Assembly (NCBI GenBank): GCA_013265495.1
Contig: MU058290.1
Span: 186,001 to 250,000 of the forward strand
DNA: 64,000 nt
Direction: 5' to 3'
Source: Vicugna vicugna
Taxonomy: Eukaryota
Part shown: positions 41,484-52,341 of the stretch, in pieces
How the letters are laid out: each line of letters begins with the position of its first letter
Numbering within the stretch: the first letter of the stretch is position 1
Notes under the pieces: model-generated
Databases searched by the model: none
What the model was told of the DNA's origin: nothing
What the model saw: the letters and a program-made list of their open reading frames with translations, nothing else
Made by a program: the position numbers and the translations under genes

Positions 41484-41605
41484 TTTTTTTTATTGTTTTG
41501 GGGGAGAGGTAATTAGGCTTCTTTATTTTAGTGGAGGTACTGGGGATTGAACCCAGGACCTTGTGCAGGCTAAGCACACACTCTACCACTGAGCTATACC
41601 CTCCC
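41484..41605 (-). mobile_element. tRNA-Ala-derived SINE (Vic-1-like)
   Basis: Reverse complement gggagggtatagctcagtggtagagtgtgtgcttagcctgcacaaggtcctgggttcaatccccagtacctcc. Confidence 0.92.
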
Positions 41606-42246
41606 ACCTTCCACCAATTTCCTATTAACTCCATGGCACCAACACTGTTCTTACCACCATCACCAGGATTTTGCACAAACCTGAATCTAATGGCATCTTC
41701 TGCTTCATCTTGCATAAGCTGTCAGCAGCATTTGACACCCCATCTTTGAAATACTGTCTTTACTTGGCTTTAGGACACATTCTCTGGTTTGCCTCTCAGC
41801 TTACCAACTGCTATTCCTGTTTCCTTTGCTAGTTTCTCCTCATCTCCATAACTCTAAACTCTAAAGTTCGGTCCTTGGACTGCTTTTCTGCTTATACACA
41901 CCTGCTGTGATTTCATCCAGTCTTACACATTAAAACCATGTCAGTGTGGGTAACTCTCCATTTTTAGCTCCCATCTGGACTTCTGTCCTGCATATCTAGC
42001 TGCCCATTGGCATCTCGACTAGGGTGCTTAATAGGCGTTTCAAATTTAACATACACAAAATTGAACTTATGTTATCCCCAGCTTCCTGCTGCAGTCTTTC
42101 CTGTTTCAGTGAATGACAGCTCCATCCTAGCAGTTCATGTCAGAGCGCCGTGATATTATCTTTGATACCTCTTTTTCACCTCCTCCGATCACACTGACTT
42201 TACCTTCAGAATATATCCAGAATTCCATTTCTCACTTCCACTGCTG

Positions 42247-42388
42247 CCACCCTTGCCCAAGACAGACTTGTCTATCTCAGGATTATTGCAGTAGCTGGGC
42301 TGTTCCCACAACTGCCCACCCTTGCCCAAGACAGACTTGTCTATCTCAGGATTATTGCAGTAGCTGGGCTGTTCCCACAACTGCCCAC
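42247..42388. repeat. Perfect 69-bp tandem duplication bounded by CCAC microhomology
   Basis: Two identical units starting at 42247 and 42316, with a terminal CCAC at 42385-42388. Confidence 0.95.
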
Positions 42389-42510
42389 TTATAGTCAGCT
42401 CTCAACACGGCAGCTGGAGTGAATAGTGTTAACATGGAGGCCAGATTATGTCACTCTTCTCAAGTCCCTCTGTGCTTTTCTACATTAGTGAAAACCAGAG
42501 GCCTTTAAAA

Positions 42511-42612
42511 GCCCTAGACATGACCTGGCTGGAGATGCTGTCCAGGGGCCTGACATCTCTCATTGCCTTCATTCACGGAAATCAGCAGGACACACTGACC
42601 CTATACTGTTAG
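42511..42612 (+). pseudogene. SLC12A10: SLC12 (NCC-like) last-exon fragment, inverted relative to the 5' exons
   Basis: ALDMTWLEMLSRGLTSLIAFIHGNQQDTLTLYC* versus the recalled NCC C-terminus [33 protein letters not shown]. Confidence 0.88.
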
Positions 42613-42711
42613 TTTAAGAGACTCAGGAGAGACAGAGCTAGGAGGAAGAATCCTCAACTCAGGTCTCAAGAAGCCATGATTTTAGTCTCTTGGCTCCACC
42701 AACTTTGGGTA

Positions 42712-42773
42712 GCACAAAAATCCACCAGGACTGGACACTGGTTAGGGGGGTCAGTTAGCACCAGGCACTGTGA
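42712..42773 (-). pseudogene. SLC12A10: SLC12 (NCC-like) exon 16 5' fragment
   Basis: After an AG acceptor: QCLVLTDPPNQCPVLVDF versus NCC PQCLVLTGPPNFRPALVDF; truncated mid-exon. Confidence 0.85.
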
Positions 42774-43037
42774 CTTATGAAGAAGGCAGTGATAATGTTC
42801 AGAGCAGTGATCAGCTCAAGGTGTCACTCCCATTGCCTCCTCTCTGTTCTTCCCATCCCACATTCCCAGAGATCTCACCACTCAACTTGTGGCTTTTCAT
42901 CCTGTTCAGACCCCTAAGCTCCCTCAACTCTTTCCTCTGTGCTCCCCACTCCCTCCTGCCTCTTTAGAGGAGTAGGGGGCTATCATTCTCCTTCTTCCCT
43001 AGGACCCTCCCCCAGTGATTGCCATATTTTCTTATAG

Positions 43038-43762
43038 TGGCTGTGCCAGCATAAACTGTACTCAGTCATGGCTTTTTTGAGAAAGACTATGGCAAGAACC
43101 ATGAACCTCTGTGAGGCTACCTGTTCGCCTTCCTCATTGCTGTACGCTCCTCATTATTGGTGAGTTCTCCTCCACCCCCAACACCAGGCTTCATTAATCA
43201 CCTTTCCCCTCATGCTCTCCACTGCCCAACCTCAGGCTTTTAGGGCCTGACCCTAAAGACTCTTTTCTAGCTCTCTAGTACTGAAAGTGGATGAAAACAC
43301 CTGCTAACTTGGTAGGGGTGGTGTGTGAGGAAGGTGGAGTGGGGAGTTGGAACTTTCATCTCTCCCAGAGTTGATCTGAACACCATTGCCCCCATCATCT
43401 CCAACTTTTCCCTCTGCTCCTATGCCCTCGTCAACTTGGGCTATTTCCACATCTCCCTTAGCCGATTGTCTGGTTAGTATGAGCAGGTTTGAGAGAAGGC
43501 CTGGGGCTAGGAGGACCTGGGAGAGTTGGGGGAGCATCCTTGGGATGCAGGGGTGGGTGGTGCTGAGGCTTGGACAGGGATGGGCTGCATTTGCTCTCCT
43601 CTGTAGGCTGGTGCCCTTCCTTCCACTGACACAGTCCCTGGCTCTCCCTCCCGGGCTCTCTGCTCTGCCTGCTCATCATGTTCCTCCTCACCTGGTGGGC
43701 AGCACTCATCGCTGTATTGCTCATCCTTCTGCTGCTGCCCTATACATCCTTCAGGAAACCTG
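43038..43762 (+). pseudogene. SLC12A10: SLC12 (NCC-like) exons 12, 13, 14: 43038-43159, 43371-43472, 43607-43762 (inverted block)
   Basis: [99 protein letters not shown]...RKP. AG/GT boundaries retained; 102- and 156-nt exons match the recalled SLC12A3 sizes. Confidence 0.93.
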
Positions 43763-44362
43763 GTGAGCAAGTGGGCAGATAGGTGAGGGAGTGAGATACA
43801 GCAAGAGGCTGACCCCCATACAAAAAACTAGTGGTCTCTGGATTGGATCTTGCCTGCAGATGAGTTTTGTTTGTATTGCACCTGTAATTTTCAAAATTAA
43901 CTGCCAACATTTAACATGTATCTGGTAGTCCAGGGTCTCCATCCCACATTACACACTCGGCTAAAGCCAAGGAGCTGCTGTCCCACGGGACTGGGCAGGC
44001 ACTCTCCAGTCTGCCACAGTTCCCACCTGGTCCACTTTATTCTTGATCGACCAATTCTTGCAGGTTTTTGAGTTTTCAATCTCTGCTCTATGCATAAGAG
44101 GAAACCAGCTTCCTAAAATCTGGGAAGGGCAGCAGAGGAAAAGGAAGGGAACAGAATTCCAGTAGGACAGAGAGAATAGGGTGCCCTGAGGAGGCAGTGC
44201 TGTCTAGCAGGACAGATGCCACAGGAACCAGGCTGTGCTGTGAGGTAGAGAAGCCTCTCTAATACCCTTGGTTCCTCTCTAAAATGCCCAATGGGTGGGG
44301 AAGAGCTGTGGGATGGGGTTCTCTCCCCATGAAGCAGTGTATGTCCTAAATCTCATTTCCAA

Positions 44363-44854
44363 GCCCCTGTGTGATTTGAGATGTTTCAGAAAATAGGACT
44401 GACAGAAAATAGGTGTGCAGAGTGGGAGCTGCCTAGGGCCAAAGTGCCAGTATGGCTGGCATTTCAGCAGCTGTCAAGACCAAAGGTCCTGCCTCTATGG
44501 GCTTTCTAACTGCTACCCATGAGTGAACCAGAGGGGAAGATTAGAGATAAATCTTACCTGGCCCATTGCCCAGCATAAAGTAGGTGCTCAAAAATCAGCA
44601 ATGACTTAAGTGGACTCATGTAGGTGGGGTGATACCTTTGAAGGTGGGATAAAATTTAATACGCCTTGCAACTTCTGGGAAAGCTAGGTGAAGAGATGAG
44701 TGAATGCACTGCTTCCGGAAAGCACTGATTTCTGCCTCTGCCTGCCCTTCTCCTCAAGCCATGAGCATGGTCTCCCCTGATGTCTGATGAGATCTTCAGT
44801 GTCACTCTGTCCTCTGCCCTTTCCTGCTTTGTTTCTGCCCCCCATATATTCCAG
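44363..44854 (+). pseudogene. SLC12A10: SLC12 (NCC-like) exons 10 (about 44363-44518) and 11 (44758-44854), a further inverted block
   Basis: PCVI*DVS.../GSCLGPKCQYGWHFSSCQDQRSCLYGLSNCY (Cys-rich extracellular loop); AMSMV[11-nt deletion]PLMSDEIFSVTLSSALSCFVSAPHIFQ|gttagt versus NCC [36 protein letters not shown]. Confidence 0.9.
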
Positions 44855-44942
44855 GTTAGTTGATATCTTACCAAGAGGCTTGGGGGAGAAAGGAGAGAAT
44901 GTTATCTAGACAGGGCCATGCCAAGAGTATACTTTTTTGGTT

Positions 44943-45055
44943 GGGGAGGGTATAGCTCATTGGTAAGGTATGTGCTTAGCATGCACAAGGTCCTGGATTC
45001 AATCTATAGTAACTTCCTTAAAAATAAATAAATAAATAAACCTAATTACCACCCC
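44943..45055 (+). mobile_element. Vic-1-like SINE lacking an obvious terminal tail or TSD
   Basis: ggggagggtatagctcattggtaaggtatgtgcttagcatgcacaaggtcctggattcaat...aaacctaattacc. Confidence 0.88.
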
Positions 45056-45084
45056 CATCTCAATTCCCTCCTCTGCCTGCCTGC

Positions 45085-46629
45085 CTAGGACTCCCACTCC
45101 ATGCCTGCTAGCTCTATGCCCAGAAGGACAGTCACGGTCACCATGCCCACTACTCGAAACTCACTTTCAGGACCCATGTTCAGTAGCTGCACCCCATGCT
45201 CTGGAAGGGCAGCACAGAGACACAGAAGGTCACAGAGACTTTGCTGGCTGATTTGATGCCTCTGTGTGATTCTTAAAATGACTCACCCAGGCTGGAGTCT
45301 CAGAAGTGCAGGCTGGGTGGTCAGGTGACTTGAGAAAAGGGTGCACCAAGAGAGGGGATAGGCATTACCTGGAACAGGTCCAAAAGGGTCTCCACAAAGC
45401 CCAACACATGCACAGCCATGGCTACTGCACTGACGAAAGCAAAGATGATTCCAATGGAACTGCCAGGTTCCAGTTCTGTGTGAGATGAACAAGTAGGTGC
45501 CACCTTAAAGAAGGGAAAAGAGAAGTCAGTCTGTGGTCTTAGCAATGCTCGCAGGGCAGGAGCCCCTGAGAGATCAGGGGATCACAACAGATTCACCAGT
45601 CTTGACCTTGCCATTGGTAGAGATGCCTGAGACAGACAGGTTGGATACAGTAGTGACTGCAGCCAAGAACAGGATAAAGAGGAATGTGAACCCTAGAGTG
45701 GGTGGGAATGGGGCTCCTTTAATTCACTCAGACCATGCCCCAAAGCCGTTCCTACTGCCCAGCAGAACCCTGAGCTCGTACCTATGCCTGCCTGAGCAGT
45801 GATCCAAGCCAGCCGCAGATAGAGGATGACACCCCGTATGTCCAGCATGCAGTGGATCTGGGGGAGCAGGATAGAGAGGGAGGAGCCAAAGTCACCCTCA
45901 GCCGTCTCCTCTCGCCCTCAGAGGTACCCTTGAGAACTCTTCTTGGGAGTGAAGTTCTCTTTCCCTGCTTTGATCCCCAGCCTTTGGGAACCCTGAGCGC
46001 CAATCCATTACCATGACTTCCATGACACAGCCAAAGCATACAGGGACCTTGCCAGGCCTGGCCCCCAAGTCATCTGGATCATCTTCTTGGGGGTGTGGTT
46101 CTGCTCGGGTCTCCTCAGCAGAGGTAGAAGCCACACTGTCCCCTGGCTGAGACAGCACAGATGCAGCTGAGATGCCAAGACCCCTCCCCAGCCAGCATGT
46201 CAGCAGCAAGAAGGACAACTGATAGACCTGGAGGGGCTACGGGGGGAGGTCAGTGCCAGGGCTTTTAATGGAGGGTGGATGATGGCCCAGAAGAGCAGGT
46301 TTCATCCAACCTTCAGAGGTACACTGTGGGGCATGGGTCACACCATGGCAGAGCCGAGCAGAGCCTCCAGAGACATGTGGTTGAGGTGGAGCTGTCCCAG
46401 GACTATGGAGTTGGCAAAGAGCTCAGAGCAGGGTCCATTGTCCTTGTCCTTGTCAGCTGGGGGAGGGCAGAGGCCAATCTGGGGTTTGTCTCTGCTGGAT
46501 AGAGGTTTCTCCTCTTCCTGGTGGGAGCCCAAGGGGTTGACTGTCTTGTCTCACCCCAGTGAGGCTGTAAGAGGATCTGAAATGCCTGAATTCAGGGAAA
46601 GGGTGCAGAAGCCAGTCACTGTTGGCCAT
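45085..46629 (-). pseudogene. SLC12A10: SLC12 (NCC-like) exons 1-6: about 46629-46344, 46146-46012, 45857-45782, 45692-45597, 45503-45369, 45200-45085
   Basis: PCSELFANSIVLG...MSLEAL; VPVCFGCVMEVM; IHCMLDIRGVILYLRLAWITAQAGI (76 nt); FTFLFILFLAAVTTVSNLSVSGISTNGKVKT (96 nt); GGTYLFIS/...SIGIIFAFVSAVAMAVHVLGFVETLLDLFQ; FRVVGMVTVTVLLGIELAGMEWES*. Frameshifts in exons 1, 5 and 6, and a nonsense codon at the end of exon 6. Exon 1 limits are the least certain. Confidence 0.92.
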
Positions 46630-47699
46630 TTAGCCAGTCAGGACAACCACAGGCTGCTTCTCTGTCAACCCATTTGTGGGAGTACAGCCTGAGGGCTGGG
46701 GATGCTACACTGGGTACCTGCAAGCTGAGAGCAGGGACAGCGCTGAAAGCTGGAAGGGATGCTCTGCTGAGAAATCCACCCTACCTGGCCCTCCTCCGTG
46801 AGAACGCCACCCCGCTCACATGAGCGTAAGGAACAATCCAGCTTTGCTCCTGGGTTGTCACCTTGTAAGGCAATCTATTCTGCCTGGACCAGCCTTTTTA
46901 CAGGCCAGGAAATCCACCCCCAGCAACCCTTGGCCTGGGAGAAGGGAGGGAAGGGGCATCACTTCCCTGTTCTCTAATTTCCTTTCCCATGCTAATACCT
47001 GGAACTACAGGGAAGCATGATTGTCCAGATATAGGAGGGTCTGAGGATGAGAAAGGCTGCCCTCCCAGGCAGAGGGAGTGGCTGTTGGTACCCTGCTTCA
47101 AACAGTGAGAATGCTTGCACACTGCTCTGCCATCCAGTCCAGGACTCTTGTTCCCACAGCAGCAGGGATCATGCCATGTTCCACTATCTGATCCTCATCC
47201 CAGCAACCAATGGGATTAGACCCCTCCAGATTCTTAAGACTCGGGGTTGGGTTTGCTTTCTCACCATTGATTCCAACTTGGGACAGGGAGGAAACCCCTC
47301 TCTGGGTTGGGTCGCTCATGGCCCTTAGCCCTGACTCCTGGCCCTTCTTCTACCCCACCCCTCTGCTTTCAGCGGACCAGATGGGATATGTTTGAATTTT
47401 AGTATTGGTCTCTCCAGGGTGCCAGCTTTATTGTAGGCAGAAAAATCAATAGTCAAAAGCCAGGATTGTCCCAAAACACACACTTCACTCTTTCTTCCCG
47501 CTTTTCCACGGGACTCTCACAATCCAGACTCTCTTCATCCACCCTCTCCAGCCTAGTCCAGTGAACGCAGACTTTATGGCCCGGCTCACTCCACCAGATT
47601 CGCATTCTCCTTGGCTTTTGAATTTGCCTCACTCAGCACCAGGACATGACCTACAAGTGGGAGGGGGAGGAGGTCATCTCGGGACGAGGCCAGGGGATT

Positions 47700-47901
47700 G
47701 GGTGTCGCAGTTTGGGCACCCAGAGCCCAGCCCCTAACCCGCCAGCGCTGGCTATAATTAGCCGGTGCAGGCACTGACGCGGGATGCGGGGGCGATGACC
47801 TCAGCCACGCTGTCTGAAGTAGAGCAGGCTCAAGTAAGAGGGCAAGTGGACCGCTGGTGTCTTGGGAGGGTGACCACTGGGATGGGGACAAGAAGGACGG
47901 G
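47700..47901 (+). promoter_or_regulatory. KLHL33: Probable KLHL33 promoter and non-coding exon 1, with a TATA/MEF2-type element
   Basis: CTATAATTAG at 47752-47761 in a CpG-enriched patch, candidate donor gtacag at 47902, polypyrimidine tract plus AG ending at 48119, 12 nt before the ATG. Confidence 0.55.
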
Positions 47902-48131
47902 GTACAGTCCCGGGTACTGAGTCTCCACACACACACTTCTTGCGTGCCTTGCTGCACCTCGTCAACCTTTTAGTTGCGCGGTGTAGCCTGGACGCTCGAG
48001 CCTTGGGATGGGGGAGGGGACTGAAGTAGGATGAGAAACTAACACGTCGCCCGTCCAGAGGCAAGGCTTCCTCTGACCTCTCTGGGTCCAGTTCTTACTC
48101 CCTCTTCTCTCTCCTCCAGCGAACCTGGGCC

Positions 48132-51100
48132 ATGAGCGTCTCGGATTCAACAGATCTTCGTCGGTCAGACCCAGAGCAAGCCTCTCTTCCGGTCCAGAAA
48201 GACAGCCTTGACCACACTTTGCCAGCCCGGAGAACCCCTTCCTGGCCTCCGTCCGCGGACGAGGATCCCAGTTTGCCCCCCTTTCCTCTGGGAGAGCCTG
48301 GCACCAGGCCAATGGTCCCAGGGAGCCTTGCCTCTCCATCTTTGTCCCTAGAGGAAGAAGAGGAGGAGGAAGAGGATGAGGACGGAGAAGACACAGCAGA
48401 GCCCGAGGAACTGCGCAGCGAGGAGCATCCCAGCCAGTTTTTCTCGGAGGCACAGCGGCTGCGGGAGCAGAGATTGTTGCTGGATGAAGAGGTGTCAGTA
48501 GGGGGGCGAGTATACGGGGTGCATCGGGTTATCCTGGCCGCAGTCAGCAGCCTCTTCAGAGACAGGCTGCTGAACGGCAGAGGTCAGCAACCCCTCTTCA
48601 GCCTGGAAGTAACGCCCGGGGCCTGGGAGGCCGTGCTGACCTTTGCCTATGAGGGAGTGCTGGGACCCGCCCCGCGGGGGGATGTGCTGGTCGCGGCTGA
48701 AGCCCTGGGAGCGCCCCGGGTAAAGGCCGCAGCCCAGTGGGGACGCGAGGGAGCAGGAAGCGCCGGGGAAGATGAAAAGCACCCCAGCCAGGCAGAGGAG
48801 CTGAGAGAGAACTTGCGCAGCATCGAGCTCCTGTACCAAGAGGGCATCGGATGTGACCTGGAGCTGGAGGCAGGCAGCTGCCGGCTGCAGGGTGAGGGCC
48901 TGTGGGGCATTGCGTTAAAGCAGGTGCATATGCTACCCGGAATGGCGTGTGCAAGCAGCAGGTGGTTCGATCCCTACCATAGTGATTTTGATCCTTGCTG
49001 CAGTCAGAATTTCCCTGGGGTGGCCTTTGGTGCCTCTCCAGACCCACTGAGAATGGGCATGCGCAGTTGAGTTGTTTTCCTAGGCGCACTGATAGATTTA
49101 CGATGTGTCTTTTCCTGTGCCCGGTAACAAGAAATTTCCAGCCAACTGGCTGGAGCTGAGGGTATAGTCCATGCCAGTAGAACAAGCAGGAGGTGACTGA
49201 CTCAAGCAGAGATTAACCTAAGGCCCTTCTTGGCATCTTCTATTTAGGGCACAGGAAAAGCCGGAAGAACAGAGTGGAAAAATTTAGTGTGTCCTTTCCC
49301 CTCAGTGTGTTTGACACCATGGTAAATGTAGATTCTACAGCAGATGAACAAGGTCTGATACCGTTTTGCTACCAGGTCATGACACTTTGAAGTTAACTCT
49401 GCTCATCACCAGGAAAGCAAAAGAGGGTTGAATAACTTCAGTATTATTCAGATTCTACTAACACTTAGTGAGGTAATGGGTACCAGGGATTTTTACACAT
49501 GCCATCTCTTTTCATTCTCATTGAAAACTAGTGAGGCAGATACTGTTGTCCCTAGGTGCAGATAATATTAAACTGAGATGTTAACTGGTGACAACCAGGA
49601 TACAAGCCCACATCCACTTGCCCAGTCTGCTTTCACCAGGCCATGCATTGCCTTCTATGCAGCCAAATCTATGACACATAGGACTTGGCAAATGGAGTCA
49701 GAGTGGAGACACGTGAAAGTTTAAAATCAAAAGGGGTTAGTTTAGATATGATCCAGTTCAGATCTTACACTTTATTGATAAAGAAGTTAGACTTTAAGAT
49801 ATGTCCAAAGTCGCATGGCTACTGCTTGGTAAGAGGAATTACTGGGACCCAAAGTGCTTCTGGACTCCCAGAAGGAAAAGCATCCTATTTTAGTCAGCTT
49901 GGGCTGCTATAACAAAAATACCATACACTGGGTGGTTTAACAACAGAAATTGACTTCTCATAGTTCTGGAGGCTGAAAGTCCAGGACCAGGATGCCAGCA
50001 TGGTCATGTTTTGGTTAGGGTCCTCTTTCTGATTTGTAGATGACCCCCTCACTGGATCCTCTCCTGGTGAAGAGAGAGAAATCATCTCTCTTGTCTCTTC
50101 TTATAACAGATTGCTAAAGTGTTGGTTATCATTTCCTATTGCACTAGATGGAGGGGGAATTTCAAATTTCATAGTTATAAAATTCTCCCTAGGGCTCGGA
50201 ACTTAAACATACTTATATCACTGCTTTCACTTTCTTAAGAAATAGTCCAACTTAATGGTGGGAATGTGTCTCTAGCAAATAATGATGAGTAAGAAGGGGC
50301 ATGAAATACAAGTGGCTGTGAGTCCTTTGACAGTTGGCTCTGAGTGTGGTTCTGGTGTAGACCACAGTTTGGCCTGTGGTCTTGGGTGGTTGGCCCAAAG
50401 TTGGGGTTGGGAGGTTGGGAGAGTGCCTAGTAGTTCGCAACACTGTAGATCCCTCTCTGCTTCTCCCTCTTGCAGTGCACCGAGCGGCCCTCGCCTGTGG
50501 CAGTGAGTTCTTTGGGGCCATGCTCCTGAGTGGGATGAGGGAATCCCAGGGCACAGAGGTGTCTCTGCACACCATCTCTGCCCAGGACCTGCGACTCCTC
50601 GTGTCTTATGCCTACTCCGGGGTTGTGCGGGCAAGGTGGCCAGGACTGCTGAGAGCCGCCCAGGCTGCTCTGCAGTACCAGAGCTCTTCCTGCCTGGCCT
50701 TGTGCCAGAGAGCCTTGGCACGAGGCCTCAGCCCTGCCCGTTGCCTGACCCTGATCCCCATGGCTGAAGCCCCTGGGTTTGAGATGCTCTGGAGCAAAGC
50801 GCACCAGTACCTCCTCACCCACCTGCCCGCTGTGGCTTTGTGTTCCACTTTCCCTTCTTTACCGGCTGCCTGCCTGGCTGAGCTCCTGGACAGCGATGAG
50901 CTACATTTGCAGGAGGAGTTCGAGGCCTTTGTGGCTGCACGGTGTTGGCTAGCTGCCAACCCTGAGATCCAGGAGTCAGATGCCAAGGCCCTACTTCGAT
51001 GTATCCGCTTTGGCCGCATGTCTACCAGGGAGCTACGGAGGGTACGGGCGGCTGGACTGCCTCCACCCCTGTCCCCGGACTTGCTCTATCAGCTGATGGT

Positions 51101-52341
51101 GGAGGCTGAGGTTCCAGGACAAGAGAGACGGAGGGAACCTGACCAGGCCCTGGTAGTGATTGGCGGGGATGGGCTCAGATCAGACATGGCCGTGAGACAG
51201 CCGTCCCGAGGAGTGTGGTGGGCCCGGGCCTTTCGCTGCGGCACAGGACTGGTTCGCACTGTGGACTGGGGGCGGCTGCCTGCCCTACCTGCCCCAGGGC
51301 GCTTCCGGCATGGGGCTGTCAGCCTAGCAGGAAGTGAACTCTACGTGTGTGGGGGACAGGATTTCTACACTAACTCTAACACCCTGGCTTCGACTCTCAG
51401 GTACGGGCCCCTGAGGATGGCAGGTCCCAAGGTGGGCAGCCGAGGGAGGTTGGTGGCCCAGCCAACTGCAGGCTCCCAGGGTCACTATTCCCATCTCTTG
51501 ACCCCCTGCGTCCAGGTGGGACCCCAGTCAAGAGGATTGGGAGGAGGTGGCACCTTTGTGCCAGGCTCGGAGCCTTTTCCCCTTGGTGGAACTGGATGGA
51601 CTGCTTTATGCCCTGGGCGGACAAGACAATGGTGTTGCCCTCAACTCTGTGGAGACTTACAACCCCGAGGTCAATGTCTGGAGGTGAGCAGGGAAGGGGG
51701 CATTTCAGGCATCAGGGAAAAGCTAGGGGACTGGGAAGAGGAGAGCTGAAGATGACCATTGCCTGACGCGTGCCCTGTTCTCCCTCAGGCCAGCACCTGC
51801 ACTGCCAGCACCACGCTTTGCCCACGCAGCGGCTGTTTTGGAGGGCCGGTTGTACGTGAGCGGTGGCTGCAGCGGGACTGGCCAATACCTGGCCTCGTTG
51901 CTGCACTATGACCCCAAACTTGAGAAGCCGGGGACACTTCTGAGCCCTATGGGGGTACCTCGGGCTGGCCATGTCATGGCTGCTCTGGGTGGGCGGTTGT
52001 ATGTAGCGGGTGGGCTAGGTGAGACTGGGGACCTGCTGAGCGTGGAGGCCTATGAACCAAGGACTGATAGCTGGACTCACTTGACGTCCCTGCCTTCCCC
52101 CCACGTGGGGGCTGCAGGTGCTGTGGTGCAGGGGGAGCTACTGGTGCTGGGGGGCTACAGCCACCGTACTTATGCCCCCTCCCACCTTATCCATGCCTAC
52201 TGTCCTGGCCTGGGCCGATGGCTCTGCCTGGGAACTCTGCCGAGGCCCCGGGCTGAGATGCCTGCCTGCATCCTGACGCTGCCCGCTGTGCAGCACATAG
52301 CTTTGCTTCCCATGCGGCACCAAACTAAACCTGCTGGGTGA
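48132..52341 (+). CDS. KLHL33: Kelch-like protein 33 (BTB-BTB-BACK-kelch), 4 coding exons: 48132-48891, 50476-51400, 51516-51683, 51789-52341 (2406 nt, 801 aa)
   Basis: In-frame GT-AG splicing. BTB motifs VHRVILAAVS and VHRAALACGSEFF, BACK region, kelch repeats (LYVCGG, LYALGG, LYVSGG, LYVAGG, LLVLGG); syntenic position between OSGEP and TEP1. Confidence 0.93.
49884..50105 (-). mobile_element. MaLR LTR fragment (MLT1-like) in a KLHL33 intron
   Basis: gggctgctataacaaaaataccatacactgggtggtttaacaacagaaatt...tctcatagttctggaggctg. Confidence 0.8.

Larger units (their letters stand above)
39550..42510. mobile_element. Fragmented ancient LINE-2-like sequence with nested younger elements (MER20-like at about 40655-40840, SINEs, L1 fragment)
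   Basis: Pyrimidine-rich L2-type text (cagcagcatttgacac...cttggctttaggacac...attatgtcactcttct). MER20-type cagtggttctcaactggg...gttgagaaacgctg. Boundaries approximate. Confidence 0.6.

Noticed and set aside
41484..41605. tRNA-Ala-like sequences here and at 11554, 15645, 17007, 44943
   Set aside because: Diverged copies with a shared non-tRNA tail, A-rich ends and, in some, TSDs: SINEs, not tRNA genes.
43770..44340. Search for SLC12 exons 7-9 and 15
   Set aside because: No match to the FFP..TG..AG.NISGDL or VNWGSS motifs found by eye on either strand; a sensitive alignment could still reveal fragments.
41484..45055. A single inversion mediated by the oppositely oriented SINEs at 41484(-) and 44943(+)
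   Set aside because: Undoing that one inversion gives 11,10,14,13,12,16(+),26, which is still not the ancestral order.
42511..46629. A functional SLC12 transporter, or a processed SLC12A3 retrocopy
   Set aside because: Stops, frameshifts, missing and inverted exons exclude function; retained introns exclude retroposition.
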